In this document: in pieces, positions 48,404-56,616 of the stretch | Layout of the letters: each line of letters starts with the position of its first letter | How positions within the stretch are numbered: the stretch's first letter is position 1 | NCBI GenBank assembly: GCA_040218735.1 | Contig: JAVJQW010000061.1 | Coordinates: forward strand, 224,001-288,000 | DNA length: 64,000 nucleotides | Reading direction: 5' to 3' | From: Deltaproteobacteria bacterium | GTDB taxonomy: Bacteria; Myxococcota; Kuafuiibacteriia; Kuafuiibacteriales; Kuafuiibacteriaceae | Notes under the pieces: generated by a model | The model's input: only the letters and a program-made list of their open reading frames with translations | The model's database searches: none | What the model was told of the DNA's origin: nothing | Program-made: the position numbers and the translations under genes

Positions 48404-50710
48404 TCAGCTCGTGACGCGGATGTTCGCGTTCGAGAAGCCGCCCTTGCTGCGCGCGACGACGTAGACCTCGGAGTTGGCCGGCACGTCGAGCGAGCCCGAC
48501 TCCCGCGAGCCCACCTCGCCGAGGTGCAGGTCGAACGTGCCCGTGCCGTCCGCGTTGATCTCGGGCGGCGAGCCGATGCGCACGTACAGGTCCATGTCGT
48601 TGCTGCGGCTGCTGCCGCGCGGCGTGACCTCGAACTGCAGCGTCGTCGCGTCCGCGACCTGGATCGGATCCAGCGCCTCGGTGCGACCGTGCGCGCGCAC
48701 GATGATGTCCTTCTCGACCTCGATCGCCGGCGCCGGATCCGGGCGACGCGGGACCATGTTGTGCGCGCCCATCGCGAACCACGCGCGCGGGCGCTGGCTC
48801 TGGAGCATCTTCCCGAACACCTCGTAGGTGGAGTCCGGCGGCGGATCGCGGTCGACGGTGAGGCCGGCCGACTCGTACGCCTCCGCCTGGACCTCCATCG
48901 CGGCGTCGGTGCACAGCGACATCTCGTTGCGGATCTTCTCGAGCTCGGGGAGGTCGGCGCGGGCCTGGTCGGCCTGCGCGCCCGTGCCCTGCGCAAGCTC
49001 GCGGCACCGCTCGATGGCGCGGTCCACCGGGTCCGACGCGGCAGCGTCGAGCTCGGCTTCGGCGCGGAGGATCGACGGGCCGAGCGCATCGACGCGGTCG
49101 GCGCCGTCGATGACCTGCGGGATGAATGCACCGGAGTCGTTCGGGTCCGGCACCCAGTGCGCGGGGCGCCCGCGACGATCGCCGGGCCAGATGCCCGTGC
49201 CGCCGCCGAACGCGGCGGACTCGAAGCCGCACTTCTCGTCGCGCGAGATGATCAGGCCGTCGCCCCACGCGGAGAAGCTGCCGCTGTACTTCCGCAGCGT
49301 GGTCTGCGTGTGCTCGATCTTCGCGATCGCGGTGTCGAGCGCGCCGATCATACGCTCGAGGTTGGACTTCCACTGCGCCGCCTGCGCCGGGTCCGCGCCG
49401 TTCGTGAGCGTGTCGAAGTTGTCGAGGTTGTCCTGCAGCGTGCGCCGCTGCGTCTGCAGCTCGTTGTCCGAGTAGAACACCAGGTGCGTACGGCGACGGT
49501 CCTGGTAGACGCAGACCTTCGACTCCAGCGGCATCGGGTCGCCGCGGCGGAGCGCGCCGTCGTCGACGAGGCCCTGGTAGAGGATCCGGTGCACCGACGA
49601 CATGCGGTTGTCGTTGCGGCCGAAGCGTCCGGAGAGCGCCATCTCCTCGAGCTCGTCGAGGTGATAGGCGATACCGTCGCGCGTGACACTCGAGCCGTCC
49701 GGGCCGCGGTGCTCGAACTTGTGGCGCTCCATCAGGCCGGTGTCCGGGTTGATGCCGAGGGTCTGCTTGCCCTGGAGGTTCGTGCGCCCGTTCTGCTCGG
49801 GGCGCCAGCGCGGGCGCAGCGTGCGACGCGTGTCGAGCAGCTTGAAGTCCGGCGTGTCCGGGAAGACCTCCAGGAACGGCGAGCGATTCTGCTGGTACCC
49901 CGTGTCGTCGTCGCGGTCGCGCTCGAGGTGCATCGGGTACGGGAAGCGCTCGAGGAGCTCGACGGCGCGGTCGTCCTGCCAGATGTGGTCGATGCCGTTG
50001 TTCTCCTGGTAGGGGCCGAGCTTGCTGATGTCGAGCGGCTGGAAGCACTCGTTGCCGGACATCTCGCGGAAGACGTTGTCCGTGCGGTTGTCAGTCACCA
50101 CCACGCCGATCCACTTCTCGGTCTCGGTGCGGTCGCGGGTGAGGCGCTCGGTCGCGCCGAGGATCTCCGCGGTGATCGGCTTCGACGGCGACAGCGAGAC
50201 CGTCGCGTTGCTGCCGGGGGCGATCGGGACCTGCACGTCGCGGCTGACGTTCGCGCCGTACGTGTCGCGCGGCTGGTAGATGGCCGCGACCTGGTTCCAC
50301 TGCCCGCTGCGATCGACGACGAAGCTCTGCCCGGTGAGGCCGTCCGGCTTATCGGGCGTCTGCACCTCCGACGCGATGTCGTCGAGGAGTCGGCAGAGGT
50401 TTTCGTAGCTCATGCCCATGCGGGACACGAGGCCCTTCGGATCGTTCTGGATGAACGCGAGGTCCGTGAGGCCCGAGTTCGGCGGCGCGCGCAGGTAGCT
50501 GTCGCAGAACGAATCCCAGTCGGCCTGCGTCGCGAGCGTGACGCGGTTTCCGCCGGCCTCCTCGAGCGTCACCTTGCAGTCGGCGCCGACGAGGTCGCCC
50601 GCGATCTGACGGGGGATGAAGCTGCCGAGGCGCTGCCCGTCTCGTCCGTCGAGGACGGGGGCGAAGTTTCCGGAGGTACCGCGGCGGTCGCGAACATTGA
50701 CGTTGGGCAT
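48404..50710 (-). CDS. Large hypothetical protein with C-terminal PPC-like domain, no signal peptide
   Basis: 768-aa ORF with strong codon bias; DMDLYVRIGSPP...ESGSL...VYVV PPC-like motif. Confidence 0.7.
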   Translation of the reverse strand: MPNVNVRDRRGTSGNFAPVLDGRDGQRLGSFIPRQIAGDLVGADCKVTLEEAGGNRVTLATQADWDSFCDSYLRAPPNSGLTDLAFIQNDPKGLVSRMGMSYENLCRLLDDIASEVQTPDKPDGLTGQSFVVDRSGQWNQVAAIYQPRDTYGANVSRDVQVPIAPGSNATVSLSPSKPITAEILGATERLTRDRTETEKWIGVVVTDNRTDNVFREMSGNECFQPLDISKLGPYQENNGIDHIWQDDRAVELLERFPYPMHLERDRDDDTGYQQNRSPFLEVFPDTPDFKLLDTRRTLRPRWRPEQNGRTNLQGKQTLGINPDTGLMERHKFEHRGPDGSSVTRDGIAYHLDELEEMALSGRFGRNDNRMSSVHRILYQGLVDDGALRRGDPMPLESKVCVYQDRRRTHLVFYSDNELQTQRRTLQDNLDNFDTLTNGADPAQAAQWKSNLERMIGALDTAIAKIEHTQTTLRKYSGSFSAWGDGLIISRDEKCGFESAAFGGGTGIWPGDRRGRPAHWVPDPNDSGAFIPQVIDGADRVDALGPSILRAEAELDAAASDPVDRAIERCRELAQGTGAQADQARADLPELEKIRNEMSLCTDAAMEVQAEAYESAGLTVDRDPPPDSTYEVFGKMLQSQRPRAWFAMGAHNMVPRRPDPAPAIEVEKDIIVRAHGRTEALDPIQVADATTLQFEVTPRGSSRSNDMDLYVRIGSPPEINADGTGTFDLHLGEVGSRESGSLDVPANSEVYVVARSKGGFSNANIRVTS

Positions 50711-50795
50711 GGCTCTTGTCCTACATTATCGGACACGACACGAATTTCGTTGCGGGTTTGTCACAAGACCCGGCCTGAATGATTCCGAAGGTTTA

Positions 50796-51686
50796 TCACC
50801 TTAGTTGGGACTTCGGCCCCGCGAGCCGGTCCGCGATCTGCAGGGCCTCGAACATCGAGCGCTGCAGCTCGGCCTGGGCGCCGTTGAGCTTGTCGGGGCC
50901 CGCGCCGAGGTTCGGGTCCACCACCGTGCGGAGCGGCCTCGGCCCCTCCATCTCGACGAGCTCGACGATCGCGTCCGCCACGAGCGTCGGCGACGGGGCA
51001 TCGTCGGACGCGAGGCCCTGGGCGACCTGCCCCCAGAAGTCGACGGGCGCCTGCTTCGCGTCGCCGAGCGTCGCGAGGCACTGCGCGTCGTCGGCCTTGC
51101 GCATCGAGCCGAAGAAGTCGGTCGCGTAGCCGCCGGGCTCGACGATCACCGAGTCGATCCCCAGCGGCGCCAGCTCGTAGCGCATCGTCTCGGCCAGCCC
51201 CTCCAGCGCGAACTTCGACGCGGTGTAGACACCACAGTACGGGAACACCATCCGGCCGAGCGTCGAAGAGACGTGGATGAGCAAGCCACCTTGCGCGCGG
51301 TCGCGCATCGCGCGGAGCGCCCAGCGGTTCACGCGGTGCGGACCGAATACGTTGAGGTCGAACAGCGCCTGCATCGCCTCGGGCGTGAACGCCTCCGTCA
51401 TCCCCATCGATCCCGCGCCCGCGTTGTTCACGACCACGTCGATGTGGCCCTCCGCCTCCATCGCCTCGCGGACCGCCTTCTCGACGGCGATGTCGTCGGT
51501 GACGTCGCACGCGATGACGTGCAGGCGCCCCGGCCCGTCGAGCTGGCGCAGCGCTTCGGCCGCCTCCGTGTTGCGCCCGTACGGGTCGCGCATCGTCGCA
51601 AACACGTTGTGCCCGCCGCGGACGAGTGCCTCCGCGGTGAGCTTCCCGAAGCCGCTGCTGGTGCCGGTCACGAAGACGTTCTTCAT
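50796..51686 (-). CDS. Short-chain dehydrogenase/reductase
   Basis: TGTSSGFG, NNAG, YTASK. Confidence 0.93.
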   Translation of the reverse strand: MKNVFVTGTSSGFGKLTAEALVRGGHNVFATMRDPYGRNTEAAEALRQLDGPGRLHVIACDVTDDIAVEKAVREAMEAEGHIDVVVNNAGAGSMGMTEAFTPEAMQALFDLNVFGPHRVNRWALRAMRDRAQGGLLIHVSSTLGRMVFPYCGVYTASKFALEGLAETMRYELAPLGIDSVIVEPGGYATDFFGSMRKADDAQCLATLGDAKQAPVDFWGQVAQGLASDDAPSPTLVADAIVELVEMEGPRPLRTVVDPNLGAGPDKLNGAQAELQRSMFEALQIADRLAGPKSQLR

Positions 51687-51787
51687 GTCCTGCGAGATAC
51701 CACGACGACGCGACGATGTTGCACGTCCGGCGCCATCAGGTCGCCATCGCGTCGCGCGAACGCCACCGGGCTCGCCGATGTTGGGGC

Positions 51788-53209
51788 GTGTGCGCTTCAC
51801 CGTTCAACCACATCGTCGTCTCCGACCTGCACCTTGGCGGCGGCGGACACGCCACCGAGCTGACGCAGTTCTTGGCGTGGTACGCCGCCCACCCCGCTGA
51901 CGAACGTCCCTGGCGCCTGGTCGTCGCCGGCGACGGGATCGACTTCCTCCACGCCGGCCTCGCCGACGAGGAACACACCGAAGAACGAGCGATCGCGACC
52001 CTCGAAGCGATCGTCCAGGACAACCGGACCACCTTCGCCGCGCTCGCCGCGTTCGTCGCCGACGGGAACGAGCTGGTCTTCGTCGGCGGCAACCACGACG
52101 CCGAGCTCCACTGGGACGGCGTGCAAGCTCGCTTGCGCGGCCTCCTCTCGGCGCTCTTCGTCGAACGCCTCTCGGGGCGCACCGCGGACCTCGCGATGGT
52201 GCGCGGCTTCGAAGCCCGCGTGCGGTTCTGCCGCTGGTTCTTCCTCGAGCCCGGCGCGCTCTACGTCGAACACGGACACCAATACGACGAGCTGTGTTCG
52301 TTCGAGAACATCCTCTACCCGGTCGGACCCGACGAGCGGATCGAGACGCCGCTCAGCCACGTGACCCTCCGGAAGTTCAACGAGCTCGTGCACCGCATGG
52401 ACCTCGCGAAGGCGGAGTACTGGGGCCTCGGCGACTACGTCCGGTGGGCGGTGTCGCTTCCACGCCGACCGCTGATGCGCTGCCTGTTCACCTACGTCAC
52501 GAGCCCGCGGTGGTTGTTCGGCCTCGAGCAGCGCATGGTCCGGCCCAAGGGGGAGATCGGACGCATCGTGCGCGACCGCGTGCGGGCGATCGAAGCGACC
52601 TTCGGCCTCGAAGAGGCGACGCTGGCGCGGCTCGACGCGAATAGAAAGGCCCCGGCCGGACGGCGGTGGACCTCCGGGCTCGCAATGCTCTTCTACGATC
52701 AGCTCCTGCTGTTCGGGCTGTGCCTGACGCTCCTCACCGGGTGCCTCGTCACGCCGCTGTCTTCGCTGTGGCGCGGCGCGCTCGGCGTCGGGCTGCTCGT
52801 CGCGACGTTCTTCCTGTCGCGTTACTTCGCGAAGAAACGAGACGTCGAGGCGAACGATAAGTTGATCGCCGGCGCGGAAGCCGTGGCGAAGGTCGTCGAC
52901 GTCCCGTACGTCGTGTTCGGCCACACCCACATCCCACTCGTCCGCGACGCGTCGAAGTCGACGAAGTACGTGAACACCGGGAGCTGGACCTACGAGGAGG
53001 GGCGCACGCACTTCGTCGTCACGGCGGAGCAGGCCGCGCTCGTACGTTGGGCAGGCACGGGACGCCCGGTGGTGTTCCAGTCGGTGGATCAGTCGAGCCC
53101 GAGCTTGGCGGGGAGCACTTCGAGCATCAACGCGTCGGCGTGCGCCGGGCTGTCGCCGAGCGCGATGACGTCGAGCTTGCCCGACCCCTCGAGCGGGCCG
53201 ACGTTGTAG
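51788..53209 (+). CDS. Metallophosphoesterase with two inserted TM helices
   Basis: SDLH, GDGID, GNHD, EHGH, FGHTH, NTGSW; start approximate. Confidence 0.85.
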   Translation: MCASPFNHIVVSDLHLGGGGHATELTQFLAWYAAHPADERPWRLVVAGDGIDFLHAGLADEEHTEERAIATLEAIVQDNRTTFAALAAFVADGNELVFVGGNHDAELHWDGVQARLRGLLSALFVERLSGRTADLAMVRGFEARVRFCRWFFLEPGALYVEHGHQYDELCSFENILYPVGPDERIETPLSHVTLRKFNELVHRMDLAKAEYWGLGDYVRWAVSLPRRPLMRCLFTYVTSPRWLFGLEQRMVRPKGEIGRIVRDRVRAIEATFGLEEATLARLDANRKAPAGRRWTSGLAMLFYDQLLLFGLCLTLLTGCLVTPLSSLWRGALGVGLLVATFFLSRYFAKKRDVEANDKLIAGAEAVAKVVDVPYVVFGHTHIPLVRDASKSTKYVNTGSWTYEEGRTHFVVTAEQAALVRWAGTGRPVVFQSVDQSSPSLAGSTSSINASACAGLSPSAMTSSLPDPSSGPTL

Positions 53210-54465
53210 AGCACGAAGCGGCCCTGCCGAGTCGCGGCGTCGTAGAGGTCGTCGCCGAGGAGCCGAACGATCTCGGAGAAGTCGGCGCCGACGAGCTTCT
53301 TGTGCACGACGTCCTGCGCGCGGTACTCGGGGCGCGGGCGGCCGACGAGGCGGTCGACCATGTGCATCGGCGTGCTCGTCCCGCCCCAGCGACCGTTGCA
53401 CTCCGTGAACGCCACCGTGAAGTCGCCGTCGGGAGCGTCGACGAGGAAGTCGAACGAACACCGGCCGACGTAGCCGTACGCCTGGAAGCGCTTCGCGACC
53501 GCGATCGACGCGTCGGACAGCGCAGCGTTCACTTCGGGGCGTAGTCCGCTGGGCCGCGAGCCGACGAAGACGCGCGTGTCTCCCGCGAGGATCTGTTCGT
53601 AGACCCCGTCGACGATCGGCTCACCCTCCGCGGGGATCGTGAGCTGCGTGGAGGGGGAGCAGTCGGTCGCCCACCACGCGACGGCGAGGACCTCCTCCCC
53701 TTCGGCGCACTCCGTTTCGGTGGCGAAGCCGTTCACGAGCTCGACGCGCTGCTCGGAGGTCATCGCCTTCACGACCGAAGACTCGAAGACGCGGTTGCCC
53801 ATCGCGGAGGCGCAGCGCGTTCGTTTGAGGCCGACGCGCTCGTGGGTCGCGGCGATGTCCGCGAGCGCCGACGCGAGCTGGGCGGCGTCGTTCGAGGCGA
53901 CGGTCTTCACCAGGAAGTCGTCGCCGAGCACCTCGCGGACGACGGCCGAGAGCGCCGCCTTGTCGTTGGCGATCCACGTCGCGGGCGGCGGCGGCGCGAT
54001 GACGCGGACGTCGACGCCGGCGGCCTCGTGCACCTTGGCGGCGAGCGCCCAGGTGGCCTCGTTGCCCATGTACGGCAGGAGCGTGAGCGCGCCGGCCGCC
54101 TTCGCGACGGCGACGATGCGATCGAACGCGGCGCCGGACGAACACGCGCGCGAGACTTCGAGCGGGGAGTCACCGCCTTCGGCGCGGACGAACTCGGTGC
54201 GACCGAAGTGGAGCTTGTCGCGGCAGTAGTCCTCGTAGCCGTCGACGGTAGGCGTGACGGCGGCGAACAGGTCGCCGTCGCCGGCGCGGACGCGCGCGCG
54301 GTGTTGGTACAGCTCGACGCCGGGTACGCCGGAGAGGAACGGGATCGCGGAGACGTCGTCGAGGCAGAGCTTGGGCCCCTTCGGCGTCACGCCCGGCGTC
54401 AGGCGAAGGTGGTCGTACGGGGCGAGCGCCGCGCGGATCTCGGCCGGGTCCACGAAGAGGGTCAT
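53089..54465 (-). CDS. PGM1-like (pre-ATP-grasp + ATP-grasp) peptide ligase family protein
   Basis: WIANDKA, GLKRT...SAMGN, SPSTQL, GRCSFD, ECNGRWGGTS; ATGA-coupled to upstream pseudouridine synthase. Confidence 0.72.
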   Translation of the reverse strand: MTLFVDPAEIRAALAPYDHLRLTPGVTPKGPKLCLDDVSAIPFLSGVPGVELYQHRARVRAGDGDLFAAVTPTVDGYEDYCRDKLHFGRTEFVRAEGGDSPLEVSRACSSGAAFDRIVAVAKAAGALTLLPYMGNEATWALAAKVHEAAGVDVRVIAPPPPATWIANDKAALSAVVREVLGDDFLVKTVASNDAAQLASALADIAATHERVGLKRTRCASAMGNRVFESSVVKAMTSEQRVELVNGFATETECAEGEEVLAVAWWATDCSPSTQLTIPAEGEPIVDGVYEQILAGDTRVFVGSRPSGLRPEVNAALSDASIAVAKRFQAYGYVGRCSFDFLVDAPDGDFTVAFTECNGRWGGTSTPMHMVDRLVGRPRPEYRAQDVVHKKLVGADFSEIVRLLGDDLYDAATRQGRFVLYNVGPLEGSGKLDVIALGDSPAHADALMLEVLPAKLGLD

Positions 54466-55457
54466 GCCACCGACGCAGGCGGGAGGCCACGCCATTCGAT
54501 CCCGTGGCGCTCGAGCAGCGCCATGAAGTCCGGCGGGGGCGGCGCTTCGAGGGTCATGCGTTCGTCGAGACCCGGGTGGTGAAACGTCGCGGAGAACGCG
54601 TGGAGCGCCTGGCGGTGGTGCCCGATGCGAACGGTGAGCTCCTCGGGCGCGATGCGACCGCCGACGGCTTCGATGAAGAGGTGCTCGTCCTCCGAGTAGA
54701 GTTTGTCGCCGAGGATGCGGTGGCCGAGGTGGAGGAGGTGCACGCGGATCTGGTGCTGCCGCCCGGTCTTCGGCGAGCACTTCACGAGCGCGGCGTCCTC
54801 GCCGGTCGCGAGGACTTCGAAGAACGTGTACGCCGGCTGCGCGCCCTCCCCGCCGACCTCCATGAGGCAGCTCGTGAGGGAGTCGGGGACGAGCCGCAGC
54901 GGGACGTCGACCGCCTCGGTGATGAAGTCCGGCACCCCCTCGACGACGGCCAGGTAGGTCTTCTCGACCTCGCGGCGCGCGAACTGCTGCGTGAGGTGCG
55001 ACGCGCTCTTGTTGTCGCGCCCGAGGAGCACGAGGCCGGAGGTCTCCTTGTCGATGCGGTGCGCGAGGTCGAGGTCGTGATCGTCGAGGCGTTCGCGGAG
55101 GATTCGGATCAGCGTGCGGTGATACGCGGACGCGGTCGGGTGCACGACGAGGTCGCCGGGCTTGCACACCGCGAGCACGTGTTCGTCGGCGAAGAGGATC
55201 GGGATCTCGATGTCGTCGGTCGGCCCTTCGTTGAGGGGCTTGCGCTTCATGACGATCGTCTCGCCCTCGAAGACCCGCAGCGACGGGCGATCGACGATCG
55301 TCCCGGCCGGCTCCTTGCGCACGTTGCCGAGCTTGATGACGCGGACGACGAGCGAGCGCGACATGCGCTTCACGCGGCGGGAGAGGAAGGTGTCGACGCG
55401 GGTGCCGTGCTCGTGCGGGTGCACGACGAAGGGGACGTCGATGAGACGCTCGGACAC
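54462..55457 (-). CDS. RluA/RluD family pseudouridine synthase
   Basis: S4-like RVDTFL, KPGDLVVHP, HRIDKETSG, TGRQHQIRVHL, GDKLY, LHA. Confidence 0.93.
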   Translation of the reverse strand: MSERLIDVPFVVHPHEHGTRVDTFLSRRVKRMSRSLVVRVIKLGNVRKEPAGTIVDRPSLRVFEGETIVMKRKPLNEGPTDDIEIPILFADEHVLAVCKPGDLVVHPTASAYHRTLIRILRERLDDHDLDLAHRIDKETSGLVLLGRDNKSASHLTQQFARREVEKTYLAVVEGVPDFITEAVDVPLRLVPDSLTSCLMEVGGEGAQPAYTFFEVLATGEDAALVKCSPKTGRQHQIRVHLLHLGHRILGDKLYSEDEHLFIEAVGGRIAPEELTVRIGHHRQALHAFSATFHHPGLDERMTLEAPPPPDFMALLERHGIEWRGLPPASVA

Positions 55458-55508
55458 GGCGGTCTCGACACGAACTCGGTTCGAACCGCGTAAGCAACCG
55501 CAAGAAGG

Positions 55509-55556
55509 ACGACAAAAACATCGTACGATGTTCTTGTCGTACGATGTTTCTATCGT
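55509..55556. promoter_or_regulatory. Three tandem 16-bp ACGA-N8-TCGT palindromic boxes (operator array)
   Basis: ACGACAAAAACATCGT, ACGATGTTCTTGTCGT, ACGATGTTTCTATCGT with no spacing; AT-rich, between divergent genes. Confidence 0.7.
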
Positions 55557-55569
55557 ATATGAAGGGTTT

Positions 55570-56616
55570 GTGATCCTGAAAGCCAAGCCTGGTGCGGCCC
55601 TGACCCCCATGGAAATCGTCGGGCGTGATGGCCTGGTCGCGCTGCTTTGCGAGTGTCTGGCGCACCGGAGCGTGCTGCTGTCGGGCGAGCGGCGAATCGG
55701 AAAGACGTCGGTGCTCACGAAGCTCGTCGATGCTCTCGAACCGCGACGGGTCATTCGAGAGAACGTCCAAGCGTTCGCCTCCCCGGTCCAGTTCGCGGAG
55801 GCCCTCGGACGGTGGGCCGGCATCGAGGACCTCGAGGTCGAGTGGCCGTCGGCGATCACGTTGGCGCTCGACACGATCGAAGACGAAGCACCGAACGCCG
55901 TCATCATTTGGGACGAGTTCACGTGGATGCTGAAACGCATCGACGAAGCGCACGTCCAAGACGAGGCCGTAGAGTTGCTGCTTCATCTGCATCGCGAACG
56001 TCTCGATCGCCCTTCACTTCGATTCGTCCTCTCTGGATCGATCAGCATCCACACCGCGATCCGCCGGCTCAGGACCCGCTGCACTGCAAAGGATCCCATC
56101 TCCGACCTGTCGGAGGAGATCGTCCGCCCGCTCGAAGCGGCATCGGCGTTGGAGCTCGCACACCGAATCTCCAAGGGTGAGAGCCTCGACGCATCGAACC
56201 TCGACGAAGTACTCGAGCAGCTCGTCCACCTCGTTCAGGGACGCCCGTACTACATCCACGATGTGCTCAGCGCCTGCGCACGGCGTGGTGACGTAACGAT
56301 CGCGACGATCGACGAGATCGTCGACGAGAGAATTAGCGCCGACACTTGGGACCTGGCCGACGACTTCGGTCGGATTCAGGACATGTTCGATGAATCGGAG
56401 GGCGCGGCGGCCGTGGAGATCCTGGATTGGGTAGCGGAGGCTCCGATGACTCGACGTGAAATTGCGAGTGAGCTCGAACATTCGGACGGCGTGGTCCAGA
56501 GCATCATCGAGACCCTCGTCAGGGACGAGCTACTCACCGAGGTCGAAACGGATCTCTCGTTTCGATCGGGTCTCAGAGCCCGAGCTTGGCGACACTACCG
56601 GAGCCGCAACTCATGA
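55570..56616 (+). CDS. STAND-like P-loop ATPase with C-terminal winged helix
   Basis: IVGRD, Walker A GERRIGKTS, Walker B VIIWDEF, VLSGS, GRPYYI, wHTH; GTG start after GAAGGG. Confidence 0.82.
   Translation: MILKAKPGAALTPMEIVGRDGLVALLCECLAHRSVLLSGERRIGKTSVLTKLVDALEPRRVIRENVQAFASPVQFAEALGRWAGIEDLEVEWPSAITLALDTIEDEAPNAVIIWDEFTWMLKRIDEAHVQDEAVELLLHLHRERLDRPSLRFVLSGSISIHTAIRRLRTRCTAKDPISDLSEEIVRPLEAASALELAHRISKGESLDASNLDEVLEQLVHLVQGRPYYIHDVLSACARRGDVTIATIDEIVDERISADTWDLADDFGRIQDMFDESEGAAAVEILDWVAEAPMTRREIASELEHSDGVVQSIIETLVRDELLTEVETDLSFRSGLRARAWRHYRSRNS

Noticed and set aside
53089-55992. 967-aa ORF as one large protein
   Set aside because: Only the part from ATG 54465 is protein-like; the upstream part overlaps the pseudouridine synthase and the ATPase in other frames
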